From: Basidiobolus meristosporus CBS 931.73
Lineage: Eukaryota; Fungi; Basidiobolomycota
NCBI GenBank assembly: GCA_002104905.1
Contig: MCFE01000200.1
Span: forward strand, 1 to 64,000
Length of the DNA stretch: 64,000 bases
Direction of reading: 5' to 3'
This document shows, one piece after another, positions 26,735 to 38,553 of this stretch (positions are counted from its first letter, which is position 1; each line of letters starts with the position of its first letter). Below the pieces are notes generated by a model, which did no database searches, was not told the origin of the DNA, and was given only the letters and a program-made list of their open reading frames with translations. The position numbers and the translations under genes are program-made.

Positions 26735-27856
26735 ATGCCGCATAACTCTAGTCTTAAAGAGGGTGAGTATCCGACTTGTCCTGCACCCATGATAAAATGG
26801 TCGGCCAGCGATATACGCCACTTCGTCAACGGCGTGTCGCTGCTGCCTCCCGACGGCGCTAGGCAGATCAATGAATTTCTCAGGAAGAATCAGGTGGATG
26901 GCAGGAAGCTGGTCAAGCTCCGAGTGGAGGATTTCAAGGGCGTTAATCAAAGATGGAGCCGGACATTGATCGATGCTCTCGAGATTGAGAAGAAGCGCAG
27001 GGGTATGTTCATTTCTTTCCAGTTCGCCACTGATGTCCCACTAGTACACCACTAATTCATGCCATCTATAGTCACTGCCAAGAGAAAACCACTCAGCCAG
27101 CAGAGCCTTGGCCAACCACTACCTGCCGAGCCTTTGGAATTGATTTCGGATCGGGACTCTACCTCAAGCCGTTCGGAGCCTGAAACCGCTGTATTATACG
27201 AGGAGCCTACCGAATATGGCTCTCCCCCGTCGCCCAAGCCTCAGTTTAATTCGGAGGAGAAAGTTGGCGAGGAATCATCTTTCGACATCTCACCAACGCC
27301 AAACCAGCTGTTCTTCGATCGAGATCTACTAAATGGAGATGCAAAGCAGTCTTCTCGTAGTCACACCTTCCCCTCCGCCACTACCGAGCCAAATTATAGT
27401 GAAATCGACCGCCTGCTTCGAGGACGCCTCGAGGAAGAGCGCCACATGCTGTTGAATGATTTCCAAGCATGCCTACACGAACAGCAATTGCGCTTCCACC
27501 AGGAACTGACCCTGAGCCTGCAGGATCACAACGTGAACTTCCAGATGGACCTGGATGAGGCACTCAACACGCACCAGGTCGGGCTAATCAGAAACCTGGA
27601 GAAGGAGATAGCCATCCTGGCCAAGAAGATGGACACTGAAGCCAACAAGGAAAAGGTGAAATGGGTGCTCCTCCAAGCCAGTGTTGATCAGTGGAAACTT
27701 GAAATGGCCGAGTTGAGGAACCAGTTGATTCAGCACATTGAGGAGGAGAAGGAAAAGTGGGAAGCCGAGGCCAGCTGGACATCCTGGCAAATCCTGGCCA
27801 GCGGCATCGGAATTGGTGCTGCGTTCACCTGTCTCCTGCTCAAGTATGCTCGATGA
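26735..27856 (+). CDS. Hypothetical protein: N-terminal SAM-like domain, coiled coil, C-terminal tail anchor; 2 exons (26735-27002, 27072-27856)
   Basis: KWSASDIRHFV...FLRKNQVDGRKLVKLRVEDFK resembles the SAM pattern W-x3-D-V...F...IDG..LL.L...DL. Heptad-rich segment; terminal ILASGIGIGAAFTCLLLKYAR*. GTATGT...ATAG intron is in frame. Confidence 0.7.
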
Positions 27857-27993
27857 TGCTGTAACGATGTAAACCACGTATGAAGTTATGTACATATGCC
27901 CTGTATCTCATTAGCTGCCTCCCATTCTATGCAAATAATCCAGTTGTGTAATTAGTTGACTAACTTTAATCAAGTAAACACTGGCCAATAAAG

Positions 27994-29138
27994 CTACTGT
28001 TTGACCATTAGCCAGGTGATGGTGCTAAGCGGCTTGAAGCCAAACTTCACAAAGAAATTCACCGAGATCGAGTTCCATACCTCGATGGTTGAATGGAAGA
28101 TTCTATGGTCTAGTTCAACATCCGGATCAAATCTCAGCTGGTAGAACTTCATCATCCCCGAAAGCCACGAAGTCAACACCACCGAGGCCAAGCCCTGTCT
28201 CCGCGTGGATGGTAGTGCGTGAAGAGAGGCGATGGAGACTGGAGAAAGGTGGGTTAGCGGGCGAATGGTGAAATGTGCGGCTCCACTTACAATCTTCATG
28301 GGTCAAAGACCATGCCACCGGTGAGCCCGTCTCCCTGGACCTCAAACATCTCGAAAACTCCAAACATTTCACCAGATATTCCCTTTCGTACTTGATTTTG
28401 CTATGCTCTAGCACCTGCGCATGCGAGCCCGGTCAGTTGAGCCGTCAACGAATGCAAGTGCCATCACCTACCAGGTCCAGGTCAGAGGTTCGGACTTGAT
28501 CCAACTCATACTTGGCTCGGTCGAACTGGAGCTCGTCATCGTTGAGTGCTCCTCGCTTTTGAAGAAACTCCTTCCAAGGAAGGCTGTACAAAAAGCACGA
28601 CCCATCGAATACCTGGGTCGCATACTCCAGGAGAACCGGCTTCCATATACAGTCCAGCCCGGCAAAGAGAGATTCCTCTACACGACCGATTGTTTAGACT
28701 GCTGGCCGAGAAGCTATTGCTGTTGCATTGTGGGCCTCACTTACCGCCTACTTCTAGTTTCAAACACTCCCCTAGCACCTTCCTCAGCAACACTACGCTG
28801 TGGTCAAATAACCGTTGATGCTCAGGTAAGGAAAACCCATGCTCCGTCCTGGGTGCTTGTCTAAGGGTGATCTCCGACGTGACCACCAAGCTAATCTGTC
28901 GACCCACCCTGACAATGATCCCTAGCTCCTCCTGGAGTTGGTCAAAAGCGGCAAAGGTGGTGTAATACGCCGGCCTCCACTGCTTGTATATGTCTCTCCT
29001 GACTAAGCCTAGCAACACCGGTAACTGGGCACTATACCGCTCCACCCATGCGTGGATATACTCCAGCTCGTTCTCCACATCCACCAGTCGTAACTCTTTG
29101 GACGGGCTGAAGGGGGTGGGCTCGACTATCTGCACCAT
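27994..29138 (-). CDS. GNAT-family (FR47/glycine N-acyltransferase-like) acetyltransferase, multi-exon
   Basis: PVAWSLTHED, IASLHALPSTRRQGLAS (acetyl-CoA motif A, RRQGLA) and NSISVNFFVKFGF. Start codon and introns are approximate. Confidence 0.68.
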
Positions 29139-30099
29139 GCACTGAAAACGGGCCAACAATGTTCGTAGATTTGAGCGACGTCCCTGGAGAATTTTCCCTG
29201 CCAAAAGATGAACGAAGGGGACTCGATTTGATGGGCCTCAAAAATAGGTATTTTCCATCGCAATCCCCTCATCATCTACCGATTTGTCGCATCGTTGGAT
29301 TGCCCAATTCTTGTCTCACATGTTCATCATCTGCCCTGGAGTGTGAAACCAACACATTTGATTGGACTCAGCAACCATTTGCAAATATCACATATATCGG
29401 GTATTGAGACTTGTTAAATAGTGCTATTATTCATACTCCTAGCCAAACTTCCTTTATTGAGGACCTGATGTCTATTAACCAGTATTGATTTTGGATGAAA
29501 CTCCCCACTTTTTTAAAGTTGTCAGTATATTCCGTTTTTACACCTAAATCCTCACATTGGCTTAGTGTGTGTGGTTCATCATCTCTTGAGTAGAATATCC
29601 TCATTGGGGATATATTTCCACCAGGTTATTTGAAACCCTGAATGTACTATCTCTCATAGTTGCCCAAACAACACCAAATTTTGCATGGACTCTCTTGCAA
29701 TCTTCCTAAACCTATCCTAAGCTTTTGTTTAACCTCAACCTTGCCAACCTACAAATACCACTTTTGGATGTATTTATCACTGAGTGAAAGTCCCATATAT
29801 GATCAGTTCCCCTGGTTATTATGAATGTACCCAAAGCCCTCACTACAGTCAGTGAATTGGAAGTTGACAAAAATTCTTGCTCTTCCAACAGGCTTCCAAT
29901 CTCAAGAAAGCTCCCAGAAAGCTGTGCACAGTGTATTATTACACACTTGCATGAGGCCCATTCAAATTCACAGCACATTATTTTAGCCTTGTTTGCACCA
30001 GTGTATTCCAATCACTGGCTCTTAGGTAAGTCTTGTAGTAAACCTCTATATGCAATCTTACCATATTAACCATACCCCTTAAGCAAGATAATTTTTGTA

Positions 30100-30430
30100 A
30101 ATTTTATTAATACACCTGAATATGCACCTAACTTGGTCACTTTGAGCATATCCTATGAATCTTTGCAAATCCTGACCAAATTCCTTGTTGGGATTTACTT
30201 GAATTATTTTTGCCAAAATATCAGGGACCTGGAACATGATGTTTTTATAAGTTGCCCAAACAGCCCCAAGCTTTGCACACATGTTCTTGGGACTTTCATA
30301 GGTATATCATACAAGCTTTTGTTGCTAAGACCATATAAAAGTACAAATACTACTTTTACATTCAATAATCATTAAGTGAAATTCACATAATATACTTATT
30401 CTCCCAATCACTTCCAACATATCCAAACTT
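30100..30430 (+). repeat. Unclassified ~330-bp repeat family F (inverted copy 31850-32185; partial copies about 29660-29710 and 44200-44330)
   Basis: Shared strings such as ttccttgt(t/c)gggatttactt and ccccaa(g/a)ctttgcacacatg(t/c)tcttgggac; no coding signature recognised. Confidence 0.7.
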
Positions 30431-30750
30431 GTACAACTGGCTATGAGCCCCAAGCTGAAACTCCCTGGAATGTTTACTACTGCTATCACTGGAATATCCT
30501 CTCAGCTGAAAAGTTGGATGGATTTGGCTACCAAATCTAGATGGTGAAGACACAGATGCTGCTACTAGAAAGTGGCCTTCAGGATATTGTTATGGGGGGA
30601 GAATCCCTTCAATGGTATACAATGAGAAGCTGTAAAGTACCAGAAGAAAGAACAAAGTGCCATTAATTGCATTTGCCCTAACAATGAGGACAAATTGCCA
30701 ATTTAATGCCCAAGAGTAAAAATGGCAATGAATACCCCCTTGGAGTAATA

Positions 30751-31040
30751 ATTGTGATGATCCTGTCAAAAGGCCATCACAAAGTTAAAGTCCCATAACT
30801 AAGAGGTATTAATCCCATCAGGACACCTTGCAAAGATCGTTGAAAAATAATTGCACCCCAGATTTACAAAAAACTTGGTCAAAATTCACTATGAAAAATT
30901 ATTGTGATGATCCCATCAACAGGCCATCACAAATTCTAAGTCCCATGACTAAGAGGTACTGATCCTGTCAGTACACTGTGCAGAGACTGTTGAAAAAGAA
31001 TTGCACCCCAGATTTCACAAAAAACTTGGTCAAAATTTTT
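30751..31040 (+). repeat. 150-bp tandem duplication at the left end of the CMC element
   Basis: attgtgatgatcc...ttgcaccccagattt...aaaaaacttggtcaaaatt starts at both 30751 and 30901. Confidence 0.85.
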
Positions 31041-34000
31041 CACCTCAACAATATATCAGTGGCTTTTGAATGTTCCCTGCCAATTTGCTCAATTTCTGAT
31101 CATAGACGCTCAATCACCTCCTACATTTGCATACATTGATTGGCTATTGCCTCTTTTTCACACTCTGTACTTCCTGACTCCACCGTTTCTCTTACTTTTT
31201 GTGTGTATAAATTGATTCATTTCTGTTGAAACTTCAGTTGTACCTCAATTGCCAATTATATTGACCTATACAAGTCCCTATACCCTACACTAACATTAAG
31301 CCCAACTCCATACTCAACAAGTTGCTCCATCAAAATCCACCACTCAATAAGTATTTCTGCTGTAATGCTCTGTTTCCATGACTTCAGTGGGAACCCAACA
31401 GCTTTATGCCACTGTTCATTCACTGGTTCCCACACATCCTGGTCTTCAGCCAGTACTGCAAGGTCTAGAACCTCATCTGCAAGTCCTTCCAATAAATCCT
31501 TGCAATATTCAAGTGAGTTTTCTTGAGCACTTCTGTTGAAGAAGTGCTGCAACCTCTTGGTGTGCCTATTATTGTTCCAAAATTCCACCAGAGAAGACTG
31601 TTTGATTTAATGCCATAAGAGAAGAGAAAAAGGTCATGTGGCTATTGCAACAAGCATCTCAGCCAAGAAGCACATAGACAGCATAGGAAACATTACAAGA
31701 ATCACTGATAGTGTTTTGCCACACAAGTCATATATGACCATTCATCTGTCATTACTGTACATGCAGTTTCCTCTCAGCCACTTGATACTTCTATAACAGC
31801 ACCTTGCTGTAGTTGTCACCCTGTGCAACTTGAGTCAGGTGAGTAAATTGCTGTAAGAGTCTTGAAGATATTGGAAGTGACTTGGGAGGACAAGTAGATT
31901 ACATGGATTTCACTTAATGATCTATTGAATGTAAAAGTAGTATTTATACTTTTACATGATCTTGGCATAAAAAGCATGTAGAATAGGTTAAGGAAGGTCC
32001 CAAGAGCATGTGTGCAAAGTTTGGGGCTTCTTGGACAACTTTGAGAATTTTCATGATCTGGGTATCTGGTATTTTGGTAAAAAAATATTCTAAGTAAATC
32101 CCGACAAGGAATCTGGTCAGTTTTCTCTAGGATCTGAAGGTAATGATCTAAGTGACTAAGTTAGGTGAATATTTAGGTGGATTTACAAATCCTTACAACA
32201 TGTATAACACCATTAGGCTCACCTGAACCTTCTGAAGATTTACTACTACTTCTTGCCAAAGTCATTCTGGGATGCAACTTACCATGTATATGGCACAAAA
32301 GAATAAATGCCAAGTGGCTGGCAACATATGACCCAGCAGCTGTCCTGATTTCAGCATGTGTTAACAGTGGCATGGCATTCACATCAGAAAATGTCACCAT
32401 TGCAAGGTTTCCAACTTATCATGAATCCATTATTATTGGGGGAAAAAATTGTTCACACTCCAGAGATATTCCAGTAATACTCCATCTAAAGAAGCCTATG
32501 CAGTCCAACAAATATTGTGAAGCTATAAAGTACTGCACTAAGTATCAATCAAGGGCAAACATGTCCAATATATCTGATGGCAATCATTACAAACATATAA
32601 AAAGTAAGGGCTACTTTGCAGGTATGTACAATCATACCTTTGCCCTGGCACTTGATGGATTCTCATTAAACAAGTACTCTATCAGTAAATCCTGCTGGCC
32701 ACTGATCCTCATCAACCTGAATCTGCCACCTAGCTTATGGTATCAGAGCAGAGATCTTATAGTAGTCATACTGATATCTGGGCATCTATCACTGTCCAAC
32801 CTGGAAAGCCACCTGTATCCATTACTGGATGAATTTTGTATACTTTCCAGCTGGATAACAGTTAATGTAGTGAGTATTGCTGTTGAATGCATGAGATCCA
32901 GGGGACTTACTCCATAACTTACACACATTTTTAATGCCCAAACACCAACACTGATAACATTGTATTCCTGCAGAGAGAATGTATTGGAGCCAGCATGCAA
33001 TTGCAGAAAAGCTTGCAAGCTATAGCCATTGGCTTGAATATGCAATTATTTGGAAACTGCAGATACTCAAGATAGAGAGTGTATGATTAGCAATGCTTTC
33101 CACTGGGAGTAATGCATTTATATTTCAGCAATATTCCTATACTGATGACCAAGTTGTACATGGGGCATTTCAAGCTAAGTGAGCCCTTGGAGATACCAGA
33201 GAGCTTGAAAGAATTGGCAAGATATTACACAGTATTTGCTACCCCAAGTACTTCTCACAGGCTCCAATCAACATTCATATTCATACCCAACAATACATGT
33301 ACAAGGACTGGATGAGGTGGATATGTATTAATTCAAGTGGTCTTCTCAAGCCATTTCTACAAGGAGTATACTGGAAGCATTGGGAGTCATATGTGGACAT
33401 TGTAGCAATATTTATCCAGAAGCAGATCACTAATGCCCACTTGATCCATCTATAGCTTATGTGCAAGGAGTTTGTGACTGAATATGAGCAGCTATCTAGA
33501 AACTTAAAGCTGAACATGTGGATCTCTGCCACTACTGTATCCACTTGCTACTCCATCTAGCTCAGTGTGTGGAGAATATTGGGCCTTCTTTCACCTTTTG
33601 GGAGCTTCCTATGGAGCAGGTGTGTGGGGAGATAGGAAGACAAGTCAAGTTCCAGGTACTACCATATCCCATTCTCATTAAGAGTATATCTTCAAGTATG
33701 CCATGAATATGATGAGTTGGCACATGTAGTACAACCAGGAAGGGTTGGAAAATACTAAGGACAGATGTGCACATGGAGACATCTATGACTATGGCATTAA
33801 GAAGTTATGCAGCCCCAAATGTGTGGGTAAGCAGTCAAGTACTGCAAAGTTGTGTTGGGTGCAATAAGCAACTAACTTGTATTAGGAAAGCTCTACTAAA
33901 GTATGCTGGGCTTCTCTTGGTCACAAGCCACTCTCTACACCCTTCAGTACAGAACTCACACAAGCAAGAGCCTGAGCACACCTATAAGGGGAACTAGAAT

Positions 34001-34758
34001 CCAGCAGGGAGAAGGAATATATTAGCTAAATACCAAGTAGTTCTTGGCAGATATTCAAGAGGTATCCATGGCAGAAGTGGTGGCAACCAAGCGTATGTTT
34101 AAAGAAGTAAACATTACCAGCAATAAAAGGTATATGGCAACTTTGAAAGTATAGCACTAAGAAGATGTAAAGTTGAGGTGATAGAAGTGTGCCAATTGCT
34201 GCAGGTATGTGTGTGTGTAGAGGTTAGTAAGCAGGAGGCCATAGTATTTTTGACTCAAACTATATGTGGAATACCCAAGGTAGTAGTGGGCAAGCATATA
34301 AAGAGGGGTGATTCTACAGTGAAATATATGAATTGCACAAGGGGAGGTAGAAAAAGGAAATACCATTTGGTAAATTAGTACAGTTGCATTATGCAGAGCT
34401 AGCTGTAGGCCACCTTACTGCTATGATATGCCATCAGAGGCTCACAATGAGGCCATCAAAACACCATCAGGTATTTTGCCATATAAGGTAATTGGATGCA
34501 CTGGCCTGTTGGATCCACTCAAATGGTTGTAGAGTGCATTAAGACCACAATAATGCCATACAACTCTTGGCAAAACACCACCCAGACACCATCATGTTGT
34601 CTAACTTTATTTGGTGATAAAATTAGCCAAATGCCATTGCGGTCCTGTCAAAAGATTGTGTAGAGGGTCATCAATCCCAAGCTACTGGTATTAAAATTGT
34701 CTCCTGATGGCTGATCTGTATTGGATCTAAATGAAAGACAAAGTGATTTTTCATAGGG
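30887..34758 (+). mobile_element. CMC/EnSpm (CACTA-like) DNA transposon copy 1, internally deleted and decayed
   Basis: Left terminus CACTATGAAAAATT (30887); right terminus TTTTTCATAGGG (34747-34758). Tnp2/Transposase_21 motifs (CVNSGMAFT, SNISDGNHY, LALDGF, WPLILINLNLPP, LYPLLDEF) at 32177-32917; DUF4218-like HLLLHLAQ...GP...FWELPMEQVCG at about 33540-33650; 3' half of ORF2 on the minus strand at 31040-31590. Confidence 0.88.
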
Positions 34759-34900
34759 AAATGATCTGATAGCAGATAACAGGACACTTGAAGTAGTTGG
34801 CCATGGAATCATCTAAGTTAGCCTCAGGAGTAATGAGCAAAGCCACACATGTATCTTCAGCAAAGTACTCTACACACTCTGTATATCATAGTATTTATTA

Positions 34901-36000
34901 CCATACAAAAATAATTTGATCCTGCCAGTGGATCTAGTCTAGATAAGCTATCAGGATCCTTCAATGAGGCCATCATTATGGTGACAGCTTGAAATCATTG
35001 ACCCTCTTCACAATCTTATGATAGGATTGCAATGGTATTTTTCTGCTTATACAGTCAAATGTGGTAATAAATATGATGGTGACTTAGTGGTCTTTTGACT
35101 GGACTAGATTGGCATTCTGATGGTCCTGATATGGTCTACATATAATAGAGTAGACCTAACCAGCCAGTACATATAAATGCTTTATAGGGAAAACTTGATA
35201 GTTTTTTGACAACCTTGATGCAGATATCTGTTAGCATTATTATAGCAGTACTGTGGCCTACAGCTAGTCTTGTATATTGCTACTGTACCAACTTACCAAT
35301 GAATATTGCCCTTTTCTTCCTCCCCTTGCACCATTCATATATTAAACTGTAGAATCACCACTCTGTACCTGCATAATTGACAAACTTCTATCATCTTGGC
35401 CTACAGCTTTTTGGTATGATGCTTGTAAAGGTGCCATTTGTAGGTTATTACTGACTGTACTTGGTGAGTGGGAGAGCTTGTAGGTCAAGTCAGTACCACT
35501 TGGTTCAGAATAGCTTCCAATAGAAGGTAGTAAGGTAATAAAGACTTGAATTTATTTTGTCCAAATCCTCTTGTCCTCTCACTTGGTTCAATTGGGTAGA
35601 TATATATATCACTTGGGGGCTTAGATAATAGACAATGTGTTATAAAATAGGGGTGTGAACACCTTCCTGTTATGGTAAGTGTTCTAACTAGATAGGGGCA
35701 GCAATAGGAGGGAGGGCATGTGGGGGAATCATAGGCAGGATACTGGGGGGACTTTGGGTAGGACTCTGGGGAGAACTCTTGGGCAAAGAATGGATACTGC
35801 ATTTAGTACTCACACCATTTACCCAGTATTCTGTGTAACATATACATCTTGCACACTTGTGCTTGGTTGCCACCACTTTTACCATGAATACCATCTGAAT
35901 ATCTGCAAAGAACCTTGTTGTATTTAGCCAATGTATTCCTTCTCCCAGTTGGATTCTAGTCTCTGTTATAGGTGAGCTCTGGCTCTTGTTTGTGTGAGTT
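34901..36000 (-). mobile_element. CMC copy 3: inverted fragment of the element's right end
   Basis: Reverse complement matches 33990-34758 and 40930-41721; degenerate terminus CCATACAAAAATAATTTG at 34901; unrelated insert at about 35490-35780. Confidence 0.75.
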
Positions 36001-36129
36001 CTGTATTGAATATGTAGAAGTCAGATTGTACTCAGGAGATACCCAGCTTACATTATTAAGGTTATCCAAAAACTTAGTCAGAATTCTTCATCATAACAAT
36101 GTATAAGTGGCTTTTGATTGGTTCCCTGT

Positions 36130-38331
36130 CAATTTGCTCAATTTCTGATACTGGACACTCTATTGCCTCCTACATTTGTGTGAATTGATTGGCTATTGCC
36201 TCTTTTTCACACTCCTTACTTCCTGACTCAACTGTTTCTCTTACTTTTCATGTGTACAATTTGATTTATTTCCATTAAAACTTCAGTTGTACCTCAATTG
36301 CCAATTGTATTGACCTATACAAGTCTCTATACCCTACACTGACATTAAGCCCAACCCCACACTCAACATGTAACTCCATTAAATCCACCACTCAATAAGT
36401 ATTTCTGCTGTAATACTTTGGTTCCATGACTTTGGCAGGAACCCAACAGCTCTATGCCACTGTTCATTCACTGGTTCCCACACATCCTGGTCTTCAGCCA
36501 GCACTGCAAGGTCTAGCTTCTCATCGGCCAGTTGTTGCAATATATCCTTGCAATATTCCAGTGCATTTTCTTGAGCACTGCGCTTGAAGAAGTGCTGCAA
36601 CCTCTTGGTGTGCCTATTAATGTTCCAAAACTCCACTGAAGGCATTGTGATAGTCTTTTGAGCTCTGGACATTGTAGCCTTGACTATCAGTGGGATCTCC
36701 ACTCTGTCAAAAATGGAGGCGGTGGAGGCTGTGGTATACAAATTGCCTTTTTCAGCAAACTCATATACCTTGCTAGAGTGTAACTCAACTGGCTGTGCTT
36801 CCAACTCTTGTGAAAACAGCTGTTTTCTTGTTGGTAATTCTTCTTGGCTATGATGGGATTCAGTCTGTTCCTGGCTTGCAGCCTTAATTGGCAAGAACTG
36901 CAGTTTCTTTTGCATGCCTCCCTGTCTCAGGCATGGGTAGACATTTTTCCTTTTACCTTTTCCATTATCACTGCCAGATCTTTCACAGCTACTTTGTCTG
37001 AGTGCTTCTTGTAATGAACTACGTTTTCTCCTGGATAAATTCTGATCTGACGCATTTGTTTTGGCCTGCTTGTCCCTTGCTGGCACTCTTTTGGCAACCT
37101 GACATTTCTTTTCCGCTTGTTTGAGCTCCCAACCATAGTTGTGACAGGCTCCTGTAAAAGCAGCTGGTTATTATCACTGCCAGGTTCTTCACTGCTACTG
37201 CAACTGGGTGCTTCTTGAGCGGTGCTATGCCTTTTCCTTGATAAATGCTGTGCTGGTGCATCCATGTCTGCCTGCTTGTCCCTAATCGGCACTCTTCCAG
37301 CTACCTGACATCTCTTTAACGCTTGTCTGAAGGTTTTGGCCCTGTTTGTAATGAGCCCTTAAGGAAGCCGCTGTTTTTAGCCATGGCACCCTTGTTCTTC
37401 TGCCTCTGATTGTTTCTGCTATTCTTAAGATACTCTCTTAGCATACCAATGCTGGCCCAAAATCTGTTTGCCTGTTTGAATCTAGGATTCTGCTCATAGA
37501 ACAAGCCAAGCACATTTTGCTTGGCCTTGAATTCCTGATGGTCCCATGGTATGTGGCCTTAAGGTGATGACATGCTAGACTTCTGATGGCCTCTTGTATA
37601 ATAGCCCACTCTTCATTATTGCACTCAACAGCTTCACAGATCTTCAATGTCTTTTGATTTATAGGCTTTGGTATAAACCCCACATTGTCTCCCTCCCACT
37701 CCATGATAGGTCTTTCTGTGGGCTTTATCTTTGGGCACTATTATTGTGCTTCAAAGACTGTACAGTGTTCTTCTGCTGTTACATTGGTAAATGGCTCAAT
37801 TCTTGTCTGTGACATTGAGCTACTTGAGTTCCTTCTTTGCAGCAAAGATACTGCTTTTGCTACCTGGGATATTGATTACTCTACACATATTATCTGCTCA
37901 TCACATTTATGGACTATTTCCAGATTTCTCTGGGCCATTGCATCTATCCTATCAGCCACTGCACCTAATTGCTTCATTGATGCTTTGGTATGAGCTGACA
38001 ACAAACTTGCTAATATGGGTGGTGGTGATGTTATCATGGCCACTTGCTGATTGGCAACTGAGGGTACTCTGTTTGCTACATTCTTGTCTGCCTGAGCATA
38101 ACGGTCAGCTTGTGGCTCTGCAGAGGTTCTCAATTGCCTACTTCACTGAGAGCCTGAGGAGTCAGCATTATTACCTTCAATAAGCACACTGTCCACAGGG
38201 CCTTTTTTGGATGTAGCCCTGCTTGTTGCACTGAATGTCAAAGCAATCTGTGGTCCAACAGTTCTTCTGTTGCCATCAGCAGTGGGGTTTGGTTGAGAAC
38301 CAGACAACTTTGCTTTATTTTTTGGCAGCAT
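36130..38331 (-). pseudogene. CMC element ORF2 (TnpA-analogous accessory protein), disrupted by stops and frameshifts
   Basis: Chain of ORF fragments from ATG 38331 (MLPKNKAK...) through FKQANRFWASIGMLREYLKNSRNNQR to EFWNINRHTKRLQHFF...WEPVNEQWHRAVGF. The last segment is conserved in copy 1 (31256-31588). Confidence 0.7.
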
Positions 38332-38553
38332 GTATTTGGAAGTAAGTCAAACCAAAGGGGAAATAGTGTTACATATATGTGTGTATGTGGTGCCACAACT
38401 TAACTTATAATGCTTATTATGGCAGGTCATCATTGAATCTTACACTCATTTAGGTGTGATGTCTCAAATACAATACTGTCTTATGTTCACATGAGTATTG
38501 ACCAAAGAGTGATGTGACAGCATTACATTGTTGAAGGTCAAATTGTTTGCCCC

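Noticed and set aside
29400-30011. Possible Tc1/integrase-like transposase relic on the minus strand
   Set aside because: Only vague helical patterns (e.g. TTLKKWGV); no DDE motif could be recovered.
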